DNA of 60,257 bases, counting the filler, from Sluysia triapertura (taxonomy: Eukaryota), in the NCBI GenBank assembly GCA_046118255.1. It is 4 parts of 4 records of this genome, joined end to end, with 100 filler letters (N's around TTAATTAATTAA, not from the genome) between each part and the next. Parts side by side here need not be neighbours in the genome. Positions count along the whole stretch, not along the records: positions 1 to 16,591 come from JBJNIA010200375.1; 3 more parts are not named here. One strand, 5' to 3'. The notes under the pieces were generated by a model. The model was not told where the DNA came from. It saw only the letters and a program-made list of their open reading frames with translations, and made no database searches. The position numbers and the translations under genes were made by a program. How positions within the stretch are numbered: the first letter of the stretch is position 1; each line of letters starts with the position of its first letter. Below, piece after piece: positions 1 through 12,457 of the stretch.

Positions 1-647
1 GTATCACTCTTATTTGGATGGTTTAGTTTATTAAAAGATTCATAAATTGTTTATTTTAACTTTATTTAAGTATTTTTTAAGTTTAGATTCAATTTATGCA
101 AAAAACAAAACAAAATCAAAAAATTATTTATTAATGATTAGTTAAATATTTAATTTTATTAATAGTCCGTAGAAATAAAAATAAAACAATAAAGAGTTAC
201 TCACAATTAATGTTAACAAGTCTCGGAATTCCTTTATTAATATACTGGTTGAAGATATATAACTCGATCGACGAAGAACGGCTGGTAACGATAAATGATT
301 TGTTATGATTGGTAAAGAAAAATGACTGATAACTCGATCACAATATAGTAACTTTATCCACAAATTATAATAATGTCTTTTATGCTTACTGCCTCTCTTT
401 TTATATTCAATTTCAAAATTTAATTCTGTTGTATACAAAAAATCTAATTCTATACAATTTTTCTATAATTTTCTAAATATAAATTTTACAAAATTCTATA
501 CGGTAATAATTTTAATTGGTTAAATTTCTAATTTTCTAAATATAAAGTTAATTTTCTGAAATAATTTTTTAAACAGTACAAATAATTTTAATTGCAAATT
601 TTGTTCTGTCTAATTTTATTAGTTAATAGTAATAATTTTTTAAATAC

Positions 648-708
<61 letters not shown>

Positions 709-734
709 CTTAATACAGATTGAAAACATGAATT

Positions 735-774
<40 letters not shown>
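648..774. repeat. (AAT)n microsatellites, two tracts
   Basis: Direct reading: pure AAT runs at about 648-705 and 740-774. Confidence 0.95.
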
Positions 775-775
<1 letters not shown>

Positions 776-819
776 TTATTTATTGCTTTATTCTTAAATC
801 TACGAAATGAATATACTAC

Positions 820-1020
820 TGTTAAAATATTAAAATACTAAATAAATGAATTACTAATGTTATTTTTTAAAATTTATGAAATTAAAATACTAATACTAAT
901 GTTATTTTTATGAAATTAAAATACTAAATAAATGAATTAAAATACTAATACTATTTATGAAATTAAAATACTAATACTAATGTTATTTCTTAAAATTTAT
1001 GAAATTTATTATGGAATTTA
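820..1020. repeat. Degenerate AT-rich minisatellite
   Basis: TTATGAAATTAAAATACTAA(TACTAATGTTATT) recurs 3-4 times. Confidence 0.7.
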
Positions 1021-1173
1021 TGAATATTACATGACATGTATATAAATTTTAAAAACGATTATTCTTTAATAGAAGACACAAAGACGGTATAAACTATTTA
1101 TTAAAATAAATACAAAATGCGATCTTAAATCAAAATGTTATTTCGTAAATATTGATTCAAAAATTTAGATGTA

Positions 1174-1434
1174 CTTATAAAATGTCGTAAAAATAATACA
1201 ATAATGTTTAATAATATTAATTTTATAATTAATATTTAATTGTCTGAATTTATTAAATCAAGTTTATGTAAACGTTACTGAATTATAATCCAAAAGCTAC
1301 CTTATAAAATGTCACAAAAACAATACAATAATGTTTAATAATATTAATTTTATAATTAATATTTAACTGACTTAATTTATTAAACCAAGTTTATGTTGTA
1401 TGCAAATGTTACTGAATTATAATTTAAAAGTTAC
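1174..1434. repeat. Tandem duplication, unit about 127 bp
   Basis: CTTATAAAATGTC...AATACAATAATGTTTAATAATATTAATTTTATAATTAATATTTAA...GTTACTGAATTATAAT starts at 1174 and again at 1301. Confidence 0.9.
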
Positions 1435-2445
1435 GTGTATTTCATAAAACGGTTAAATTTAACTTAAAATAGTTAAAAACTAACGATTAGTCACAAAAAT
1501 ATAAAAATTGATTTCTCAATAAACTATAGTTTTCTACGAATACGAAATAACAATAAAATGCAGTTTTCTTCAAATATATCTTCTTAAAATGTAACGATTT
1601 AACAGATTCTTAAAAAATAATCAGTAAACACTATAACGATTAGCACTTGTGTATTATTGTTTTTTGTTGTACCTATTTATAGTTTTTTTCGTTGCTATTA
1701 TCCGTAAAAAACAATAATTTTTAAAACAATAATATTTTAAATNNNNNNNNNNNNNNNNNNNNNNNNNNNNNNNNNNNNNNNNNNNNNNNNNNNNNNNNNN
1801 NNNNNNNNNNNNNNNNNNNNNNNNNNNNNNNNNNNNNNNNNNNNNNNNNNNNNNNNNNNNNNNNNNNNNNNNNNNNNNNNNNNNNNNNTTTATCACATAA
1901 TTTTATTTTAATTTTACATTTTTACATTTGCAGAAAACTAGACGAAAAATAAGTGTATTATAAACTTTAATAATTAGGGAAGGCGAAGATTTGATAAACA
2001 TCAGATGGTCGAATGGACAATTTACAGCGTTATAGAAAATTTTCTTTAAATCGTGATATCTCAGAAAACAACATTTAAGACGTATTCGTGGAAAAATACG
2101 AAATACAATGTTCCACAATTTGATTACGTGGTAAACACTTGTAGATTAGATTAAAAATAATCATATCTACTATTTTATTTACATAATTTTTAAAATTGAA
2201 GATTATTTCGTTCTTGTGATCCTTAAGGGCTATTAAGTTGTCATAATAAGATTTAATTGATAAAAAAATTAACGTTCACTTTGTTATTCTCAGCCTTATG
2301 GGCTACGAAATTCTTTGTATGACATTTAATTGATAAAATATAAACGACAGCGACTATTTACTTTTTGTAACAAAAATGATTTCGAATTTGACAAACATGG
2401 AATATTTAATTTTTATAAAAAGATAACAACACTAAGGAATCGTTT

Positions 2446-3242
2446 TCAAATGTTATTTAAATAAAAAAGAATTGGTTCAAAGTGTAGATCTTGTGAATAA
2501 GTGTACCTAATTATGTTAGTAAATATTGACCAAAACTGATTGGTTAGAGCATAAGGTGTCCATACTCTCAGATCTAGGTTATCGTGTTTAAGGATTTTAA
2601 TTAATGGATAGATCATTTCTTCCTTCGAAAGTCTTATTTTACTTTTGTTGTTCACACAATCATCGATGATATAATTAGCAAACTTGATACAAAAAAGTTT
2701 CGTTATAGTTATACAACTGAATAAATGATGTAATTGAATCGTTTTCCGAAGCATCATTAACTCACATAGAAAACAGAATTGCAGACGATCCAGCGTGATA
2801 AGTTTTCATGAGCAGGTCGTTCTCGTACTCTAATTAGCAAATTTTGCATTACGTTTAGAATGTAGTTAGAATCAAAATTTGATTGATCTTCGTTAATCAT
2901 TTGCAAAAATTTCTTCCAACTTATAAATTTTGGTTGAATGTATTGCTCATACATAACAAGGTTCATAAAATTTAGTCATATATACCAAATTCTGTTTGAT
3001 ACTTTCACAATCGCCATCATTACATATTAATTTAGTATGTTGCCTTGAAAAAAATATAACATCTGGGAATGCATCAAAAGTTATATCATTGTGAGCTCCT
3101 TCTAAACCGTAACTGAACACAGAAAATCTGATACTATTTGATCTGAATAAATTGGCGTGTCCTGCGTTATTGATGAAACACTTGATATAAAGAAATACTT
3201 CAAACACTGTTTAATCGAAATGCTCCTTTCACATAAAGCCAT
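2446..3242 (-). pseudogene. Intronless orphan gene relic, frameshifted; may extend to about 1950
   Basis: Three abutting or overlapping minus-strand ORFs with coding-like composition. ATG at 3242 follows an AT-rich leader. No recognisable domain. Confidence 0.35.
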
Positions 3243-4611
3243 TTTTGTAAGACATTAAAAACTATATTGATTATATTTATTAAAAATTTTTATTATAATA
3301 ATTTTTATAATTACCAAACTTTATTTTTTAATTACGTTTGTTTCGCCGATTAATGATTCATTTATAGATTTATAAATACTGCATGACCTTAAAGATTACT
3401 TGTTTTATGTTTAGAAAATTTCTAATAAAACAATGAATTGAATATCGATGGAGATGAACTTACTTTTGAGGTATTTTGAGTACTTAAGTGGATCTGAATT
3501 TTCATCTGATGGAAAATTTCCTATTTTGTGATGAATGTTGAGTAACTGATCATAATTCAAATTATATATTTTATTTATACAAGACTGTTTTCTCTAGAGA
3601 ATTGATTGGTTCTAGATAATTCTCAATGTGAACAGTACGAAATGGCATTCACATATTCATACTACTTATTGTAAATTCGATCTATTATATGCATACTTTA
3701 ATAGAAAAAGTCCAAAATTCATTTAAATAATCAAGAACCACTACATCGAGATTTCTTTTAACTTTATGAAATCTTAACTGGTCTCCCCTATGATTATGTT
3801 CTCATACTTATAGCTTTATAAGATATCAGTTTCAATGAGTTCACTACTCGACTCCGGTGCTTTATCAATAAAATGTTTTTCTTTATCTTTATCTTTCAAA
3901 CTTGAAAAATTTATTCGTTAGAATTCATTTCCCAAAATTATGCCTTTTCCTTTTACTTTTCAATAGAATTTAATAAACAAATAATTATATTCAAATTTTA
4001 TTCACAACCTAAAACAAAGTTTACAGTAACATAAATTTGACTAAACAAACAATAAGAATAATATTTTTCGACAAATCGGTGTTTGTAATCATTCTCTTGA
4101 TTTTCGCGATAATTACTGTTATGATTTTATAACTTAATAGATCTGGTGAGTTCTCTACTATTCGAGTTCTCTACTATCCGCTATTCGAGACGGAAGTACA
4201 ATTAAAAATCATCAGAAGTTAATTCATAATAAAATATCTATTAATAATACATTAGATTTTAATTTAGTTAACTAATATTAACTCCTCTAATTGAATTGTC
4301 TCCGCGAGATATTGTTCCCCAGCTTTAATCGCTTTTGGTTTCCAATAAAATATTGTCTGTAGTCTTCTAATTTTCCTTACACGGTTTGAATGAATTTTGT
4401 TTATTTCTTTTTGTTGTGTTGATGGTAAAAATTTATCTCCTCTTTATATTCGGCTTTCGGTTAATTAAATTTCGTTTTAAAAATTTAGTAAATGAACATG
4501 CACGAAATTATATAAGTTATTATATTAAAGGCAAAATTATTTAGTACTTAATAACAAATTATTATATTAATAAAATAATTAGAGTTATTGAAATCATAAT
4601 TGTTGATTGTA

Positions 4612-5110
4612 CAGAGGTTCCCAAACTATTTTCTCTCATAGAACCCTTGTCATACTTTTCAATTTTAGATAGAGCTATTCACTTTGAAATATTTAAATTT
4701 CTAACAGTAATGAAGTACCTAGAGTGTGAAAAAATAAAAAACAACACATTTTTATACATTTATTAATTAAATTTAAAATTTATGAGTTGATGTAATGCGT
4801 GGCTATTTTCGCACGGCCTTATTGAAAGCACCGATCGTTCTTTCTCTTTTAGAAGACTCACAGCTCTGTGGAGTGAGTGAGACGCATAATGTAGAACGAG
4901 TGAAACGCTAAGTTAGGCGCGTACTATGGAGCGAGTGAGAAGTGTGTAAAATGCTCCGAGATCAGGTGAAAGCAGTTTTAGACAGACGATATTAATTATA
5001 TTAATAATATTATATTTTTGCAATTTTTGAAATTTCTTGCCATTGACCCCAATTTTTTTCGCCCACGTAGACCACTTGCAAGTTTTAATCGACCACTTTT
5101 GGAATCACTG
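4612..5110. mobile_element. Non-autonomous DNA transposon (MITE) with hAT-Charlie-like termini
   Basis: Left end is CAGAGGTTCCCAAAC; right end reverse complement is CAGTGATTCCAAAA. Internal GAGTGA(G/A)ACGC repeats. No matching 8-bp TSD; flanked by TA on both sides. Confidence 0.6.
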
Positions 5111-5843
5111 TACTAGATTATTGATATTCGGTTTACTATAATGCTATTTTGTGTTGATACAATGTTGAAGGTTTTATCATTTAATTTATTAACAATCATT
5201 CAAAGTTTAATGTTTATAAATTTTGATTGCGTATTATTTTTATACAATCTCGCTTTAAAATGATTTTATTTTCATTTTTTAAACATTTGATTAATATTCA
5301 AGCATAATCAGATCACCACAAAATATTAATTTTGTAATCTCATACGTTCCATCATTCGATTATTGTATAAACATTTACAATTATTAAATAATAACTTTAA
5401 GTATTATATGAGTATTATTTTATTAAATTATTAAATTTTATTAAATTAAACTTAAATTAGCTAGAATTAAAATTAAAATAATTTCCTCAATAAGTTAATT
5501 TCCAACAGATAAATTTGATTATTATAATCTCTGTAATAATTGATTCCACAATAAGTAGATCTCCAACAAATAATTTGACCCTTGTAGTTTCCTTTCAGTC
5601 GATATTTTTGTTTATGGTATTTTTTCTCGCAGCAATATTTTGGTATTTATACTTGTTTTAGTCATAATATTACAATTATAAACTGTAAATTTAATTCCAG
5701 CCAATGGTGTTGCATTTAAATTATCATATATTATACTATAAATTAAAATACTTAATATTAGTCAATTGTCATACAATAAATCACCATCATTTTCTTTTCT
5801 AACCAAATTGCGAAAATATTATATTATAAGTTGTTCTAATATA

Positions 5844-5845
<2 letters not shown>

Positions 5846-5909
<64 letters not shown>
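5846..5909. repeat. (ATT)n microsatellite
   Basis: Direct reading. Confidence 0.95.
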
Positions 5910-6039
5910 TTTGGGGTATTATGTAAAGTATTAAATGAAAAATAATTGATTAAACTGAAATTACTTTTATTAGTTTAAAACTTTGATAATTCCTTTTATT
6001 AATTTAAAATTATAAACATGTATAAAATAATATTTGATC

Positions 6040-6819
6040 TTTTAAAATGGAAAAAGATTAAATAATACCTCAGACTTTTTTAGTTACAACATGAATAAAA
6101 TTTATAGAATCATTATTAAATGTCAGTTTATCCAAAAAAATTGGTGGCTGACTCATATTTTGGCATAACACAAGTTGTAAAATGTGGAATAATCTTAATA
6201 AAAATAGAAAAACATGATTATGAACTAAAATTTCGATAATAATCATCATTTATCATAATTAATTGTCCTTTGTGTTTAACTAAATGAATGTCATGATTAA
6301 TTGATGAATTTTAAGCGTTTTTTTATTTGTAGCGAAGCCAATAGATTGAATAGATTCAAAGTCAGCATTAGGATTGTTATCATTATGTGACAAGTAACGC
6401 AATTCTGATACATTATGAGCATATGGGCAATGTTGGTTATGTTTGAGGCATGTCCCTAATTTTGTTTGTGGTTTTTATAGTAATTTAGATCATAATCATG
6501 TTCCAAATACTTGGTTGAAAAATAATTATGTTTGATTATAGGATTAATTTCTTTATCATAACTTTTTTAAGAATAAATGTATCCATCAAATGGGTAGAAT
6601 ATAGATGCTCGTTATACGGATAATATTTCATTTTATATAATACTTCGATACTCGATAGATTAATCATATCTGAGTCTAAATGATGAAATATTTGTTTCGT
6701 TTTCTTACGATGGTGTAAACGAGTATTATTAGTATCAAATTCATTGCTTTTATCTGGAACATAGTTTTGTCTAGTTTCATTAAAAGTTCCAATTCGGTTT
6801 TAAAGTTTTGATTACTCAT
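6040..6819 (-). pseudogene. Unkempt-like CCCH zinc-finger gene relic
   Basis: Manual translation across stops and frameshifts gives FDGYIYS ... LEHDYDLNYYK / GTCLKHNQHCPYAHNVSELR (6397-6456). This resembles the Unkempt segment DGTFNYS...ERRYHLRYYKT...GNCTKNGLHCAFAHGPHDLR as I recall it. Absent from the ORF track. Confidence 0.55.
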
Positions 6820-7395
6820 TTAAGATTGATCTTTATAGTCAGTATTACTAATTACGATATAAACTATGTTGATTATCAATATTTTCAGTGTATTATAATT
6901 ACACAATTATTGAGTTGATACTTTTATTCAGTAGAAATTGATTGCGTTGATTGTTTTATTTTTATTCAGAATAAGTTAATTATGTTAATCATCACTGTAT
7001 TGTGGTAAATATGTAACGATATTATGTGATTGTGATTGGATGACCAATACAATAACAATCAATAGTAGTAGTAGTAGTAGCGATATCGCACAATAAAATT
7101 AAATTAAAGATAATTAAAATGATGTTTAAAGTTACAGTCAATATAATTACTAACGTTGATAGTCAAATAATGGTGATGATAATGATTNNNNNNNNNNNNN
7201 NNNNNNNNNNNNNNNNNNNNNNNNNNNNNNNNNNNNNNNNNNNNNNNNNNNNNNNNNNNNNNNNNNNNNNNNNNNNNNNNNNNNNNNNNNNNNNNNNNNN
7301 NNNNNNNNNNNNNNNNNNNNNAAACTGAATAATAATAATAATAGTAATAAAAAATACATAATATTTTGTCTCTTTTCTTACACATATTTCTTTGT

Positions 7396-9183
7396 TTAGA
7401 TTATTATTTTTGGGTTTTTGTAGTAGAAGAAACGAAATTTGATGGAAGTACAGCATTCCACGATCATGAGTTTATGGTTAAATGATTGCATCTTGTTAAC
7501 CTTTTTTATTTTATTCACTAAGTATTCAACGAAATTATTAACAGTAGATCGTTTGTCTGTTGATTTAAAACTTTTAGCTATTATTTTTAGTTTAAAAACT
7601 TTCATTTCTACTTTAATTATACTCTTAAATAAACAATTAAAATTAACACAAAAGAAGAAATTCATTAAGTTATGATTTGAACTAAATTTTAGGTAACAAT
7701 TTTCTGGATTTTCCTAGTTAATCATGCCTCCATATATACATTTCGTTCTTACGTCCTGCCACATGTAATGAACCAGGTTCCTGGATTGGTTATCTAAAAT
7801 GAACAAAGCTATCGAATTGGAAATAAAAGAATAAAATTTTACTAATAATATTTTCTTGAAGTAATTACCTTCGATCTCGATCTCCATCTTCTTACTTAAA
7901 TCAGCAATTCCGTTCTGTTTGTTCATTTTTCTGAATTGATTCCACAGATTATGTAACTGAAGTTGACTATGAACTTTTCTCTCCTTAATACTCATTAGAT
8001 TGGAGCTTGGATAACTTTGATAGACTTTGAAATCACTTTGACTATACAGATAATGATATTGATTCACCTTATCAAATGCTTGTGAGAGTTTATTTGCAAT
8101 AATGATAATATCTTTTAGAAATGTGTAAAGAAAACATTTTACAATACTACACATCGGTTTATGTATTCGCACAATAGTTCGTCTAACTTTGTATACGATT
8201 TTCAGAGTTTTATCTTCCACTGTTTGAGCTACGTGACTCATTATACACTGAATAATTTAGATTCTAATAGCATTGTAATCACAACGTTTTACTACTTCGT
8301 TCAAAATATCATCTATGATTAAATCAAACAATTTCGATTGACGAGTTACTAGATTTTCTTTTGTCAAAACTAATGAACAGCTATCTGTTTTTAGTGTTAG
8401 ATTCTCATTTAGAAGAATTTTAAAACTAAATGTTACGACATTCAAACCATTGCTTAAACCTTTTAATAAATCTTGCATAATTTCATTCAAGTCTAAACTA
8501 ATTTTATATGCATTCTGACATTTTTTTTGTATATCTTGTTGATGATAAGAAATTATTTGAGTTGTTAGTATGTGGCGAGGAACTTGCAACGGAATTACCA
8601 ACATTAATCGAAATAATAGGTTTACGACATAACATAACTAATTCTTGATTACTTAATTTTCGAGCTGATACATCTGATTCAAATTCGAATGATTGTCTTT
8701 GTACGAATAATATATCAAGAACATTAGTTTTAAAAATGTAAATATTTGAAATTCCGTTCTGCTTAAGTTGCCTATCTAATATTAATACCATTCTAGAATT
8801 TAAATTTCGCATTTTGTTATGATACAACTTCCAACTTTTAACCCGAATGCGACTTGCATTTTGTACAAAGTAGTTTGGTGTAGATTCTGGGTTTTCGTTT
8901 AAACATACTATTACTTTATCTAAAACATGGTAATATTTACGAGATATATTTTTATGATGCTGCCAACGACGTTACCAGCACTACTTGTTGATATCGTTTC
9001 GATGTTTACTGATACTTGACTAAATAAGCAATATCTTGAAATCAATTCTGTTAGTAACATTAATTCTTCATTATTTCCAATGTTGGATAAATTTGGATCG
9101 GATCTATCAAGAGTAATATAATCTACATAAGCATCTTTTTGTGGACTGATTTTAAAATGAGATCTTGTTTTGGTATAATTCAT
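7396..9183 (-). pseudogene. Long intronless orphan gene (about 1.8 kb), broken into five ORFs
   Basis: ORFs 8920-9183, 8504-8827, 8257-8604, 7714-8241 and 7396-7665 tile one strand with frameshifts and stops. AAAAAAATG start context. No domain recognised. Confidence 0.5.
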
Positions 9184-9327
9184 TTTTTTGATATTGTTTT
9201 AAAATTTTATTTATTAATTTTTGTTTTTTAACTATCCTCTAAAAATAACAAATTAATCTTTTATTGTTTTCTTTCCAATTCGTTAAAATTTTTTAGTTTT
9301 TTAGTATTTGTTTTAAAAAACGTTATT

Positions 9328-9388
9328 ATTGGTCATCCAATCAGGCTTTTAATAACGATGAATGAGAATAATAAGTCCTGATTGGATG
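9328..9388. promoter_or_regulatory. Inverted pair of CCAAT boxes upstream of the 9183 gene
   Basis: Perfect 12-bp inverted repeat CATCCAATCAGG (9334-9345) / CCTGATTGGATG (9377-9388), plus an extra ATTGG at 9328. Confidence 0.5.
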
Positions 9389-9389
9389 G

Positions 9390-9592
9390 TAAAGTGTTGA
9401 GGGCGTCTTTAAGAACTCTATTCTTATTATCATTTTAAAACTTTTTGTATTTTTATATTTTTTAAATTTCCCAAAATTAATGTTTATTAAACGTGAACAA
9501 TTAACTAGTTTAACCTTAAAATTTATCAAAAAGGGCTTAAGGCCCGAATTAACTAACAAGAAAATCATAACTAGCTTATAACATACAGGATA
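9390..9592. repeat. Dispersed repeat shared with 60067-60257
   Basis: AAAGTGTTGAGGGCGT and AAAAGGGCTTAA(G/A)GCCCGAATTAA blocks are collinear at both sites. Confidence 0.75.
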
Positions 9593-10099
9593 TATTAACT
9601 TAAAAAATAAAAAATGTAATAAAATTGAATAAATAAACAAATGATGTAGATCAACACATGATTTCTCTTGACATAAATGTTTCGATTCCAAATCAGTATT
9701 CGAATAGCTCATTCTAATACTTTGAAGAGCTCTCTTAGCTGCTATTTTCTCTTTCTCGAAATAAAGTGCATATGATGCCAGAGGTGTACAAGATTTTAAT
9801 CCAACAGCTTTCAATAATGTTGTAGACTCATTTAACACAAACAAAAAATGATCATAAAAATTTATGAAATTCAATTGCATGTTTGCCTTTAGAGTGACAT
9901 AGATATTTCTAGTCATCAAATTCACAACAAATGGAACCTTATTAATTGAAAATACAATAAAGTGTCGACTTGACACACTATCAAACTTCGAAGCTTGATT
10001 CTCATATAAAACGTTTGAGTGCAACATGAACATTAATAAAAAAGGTAACTTTATGGTTTTATACGTAATCATAAGTTTTAAAAAAATAAATTTTATTGT

Positions 10100-10732
10100 T
10101 AATTTTTTAATTATTGTAATTTCAGGTTGAAAATGATCTAACACAATGAACAAATATAAGTAAACATAAGTTGAATATGAACCACACAAAAGATCTCCAT
10201 CATCTAACACAATGAACACATATAAATCAGCATAAACTGGATATGAACCATACAAAAGATCTCCGTCACTTTCAATAACATTATCAATTAATTTCTATAA
10301 ATGTCAAAAAATAATTTAATTAATATACCTGCAACAGTCTTGGCAAATAAGTCGAAATCAAAGTTTCTCTCGGCTCAACCTTCTCTTTTTTACATGCCTC
10401 ATGAATTATTTCAATTAGATAATTTAAAACATCTTCTACCTATAATAAAATATCATCATATTTTAAATATTATTTACTGCGCATGATGCACGATCAGCTT
10501 TATAAACATCGACTTCATTACGTCTATCTAAGCCATATTTTCGTGCAAAATATCTAGCTATTGCCATGTTTTCATTTAAATACTTCTCGTCAGGTAATTT
10601 AACAAGTGGTACTTGTCCAAATGGAATTGTGGATTTTAATTCTAACCACTCAGATAATTCAATGCGTTCACCATAAAAATTAGCATTAGAAGTATGCAAA
10701 ACCTGTTTTATTTTCGCCTTTAATTTTGACAT
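10100..10732 (-). pseudogene. Glutathione S-transferase (sigma-like) pseudogene
   Basis: N-domain EWLELKSTIPFGQVPLV...ENMAIARYFARKYGL; C-domain LLYGSYPVYADLYVFIVLD. Stops and frameshifts lie between them, the N-terminal catalytic-Tyr strand is missing, and there is a 66-bp internal duplication. Confidence 0.75.
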
Positions 10733-11326
10733 TAAACTAAGACAACATGGATTTTGAAATATCAATAATGAATGGATTATTTTTATTATTATTTTATATA
10801 ATTTTTAATTTCAGGTTTCTCAATTTCGGTTACTATTTTTCTTTTCTTTGTAAGACTCTTTTACGGAGTGGAGAAAAACTAAAAGCAACAAATACCAAAA
10901 TAATAAATAAAACGAAATAAAAGGTAAAATACGGAATAATGATAAATAATTAACATATTTTTATTTTTTAATGATAAAAGTAACTTTTAAAATGTGTATG
11001 TTGAAAAATAAAACATTTTCATTAACACAGAAATAACCTACCATATTATTTGAATTTGATTTTGCGGAAAAATTAGACTTTTGTAATCAAATAAGGTAGT
11101 TATTTTTTACGAATCGTCAATGTTGTCTTTTTCATAGTGAGACTTTTTAAGAGAATTAATTATTGAATCCATAATTTAACTCTTCTGTAGCTTCTAAATA
11201 ATTTATATCATTCTTAATTTAGTAAACAATCTAAATCATCCGTGTAACTTATAATTTTTTAGTCTTAATTCACTTACTCACTATTGTGAGTAAGTAAATT
11301 ATAACCAAAAATCAAAATTTATAATT

Positions 11327-12457
11327 TCAGGTATCTGGTGTTAAACAGCAATCAGCACGAAAGACCAATTCTAAAACTACATAATCAACGACACGATACA
11401 AATGATATCTGATAGAACTATTTGGAGTAATCAATAAACGTTGCAACAATGATGTTAAATGAGCATCACAGTTTGTACCACATATTGTTCTATTTAACAA
11501 TTGATAAACTTGATCACGATCCTTGAAACACTTATTAAGTATTTCTAATTTCTGATTACAATCTTCTTCATAGTCATCACTTTGAAAAACTGTTATATTA
11601 CGTGTAATATTATCGTCATTAAACTTTTCTAATTTATTAAATAATGGTATAATACCACAACGAACAAACTCTAATCGTAAATGCATACGATAACTTGGCT
11701 CTAGGGAAGAGTAACTAGAAGTATCATTAAAATTAGGATTTACAACGACATTTATAAACGTTAAAGTAATTATAATTAAATTATGATTATTTGAATCAAT
11801 AGCAACATTTAATATGTCAATAATAGGTTGAAAACGTTCTCCATAACCACGAGCTTTTGCGCTTAACATGAGAGCTTGTATAACATTAACATGCCCGTCA
11901 TAATTGAAAAAAATAAGTACAGATAAAAATTCTAAAGCTGGGTAAGCAATATTACTTCGATTAGGGTCTAAGCATACAGCTTTTACTAAATTCATTATTT
12001 CATACCCAAAATTACCAAATGCTCTTAAACATTTTAAACACTGAATTATTATCTCGGGATAAGAATTAAAAGTTTTCATAACCACTAATAACAGCTGGAT
12101 ACCATTATTTTCATTGAATTCTTTAGCCCATGATAAAGGTGAATTTTTTAATGATATTCGAATCGATTCTGTACAAGTTTTAACTTTACTTGATGTACCG
12201 TTCTCAACATGAGTTCTCAAGCTTTCAATTTTATCCATTGCTGTATTTTCTGCTAATAAATGAGTGTTATTAATAAGCATAATTTTTTCATCAGTTGATT
12301 TATTTAGTAAAGGTAGTTTTTTCTTATCGTCTAAATTTAATTGATCCAAAATGATCAAAAATGCATTTTCAACTTCTTTATCAGTCATAGATGAGCAATC
12401 TTTCACGATACCATATTGATTTCCCTTGTCTTGCGTACGACATTTTTTCTTGTCCAT
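11327..12457 (-). CDS. Diaphanous-related formin, N-terminal GBD + FH3/DID only (376 aa, no FH1/FH2)
   Basis: FLIILDQLNLDDKKKLPL, ESIRISLKNSPLSWAKEF, ERFQPII and RMHLRLEFVRCG match the Dia GBD/FH3 motifs. No polyproline or FH2 sequence downstream before the GST relic. Confidence 0.85.
   Translation of the reverse strand: MDKKKCRTQDKGNQYGIVKDCSSMTDKEVENAFLIILDQLNLDDKKKLPLLNKSTDEKIMLINNTHLLAENTAMDKIESLRTHVENGTSSKVKTCTESIRISLKNSPLSWAKEFNENNGIQLLLVVMKTFNSYPEIIIQCLKCLRAFGNFGYEIMNLVKAVCLDPNRSNIAYPALEFLSVLIFFNYDGHVNVIQALMLSAKARGYGERFQPIIDILNVAIDSNNHNLIIITLTFINVVVNPNFNDTSSYSSLEPSYRMHLRLEFVRCGIIPLFNKLEKFNDDNITRNITVFQSDDYEEDCNQKLEILNKCFKDRDQVYQLLNRTICGTNCDAHLTSLLQRLLITPNSSIRYHLYRVVDYVVLELVFRADCCLTPDT

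Noticed and set aside
2755-2759. TAATG stop-start overlap as translational coupling
   Set aside because: Common by chance in AT-rich DNA and more simply a frameshift in a decayed gene.
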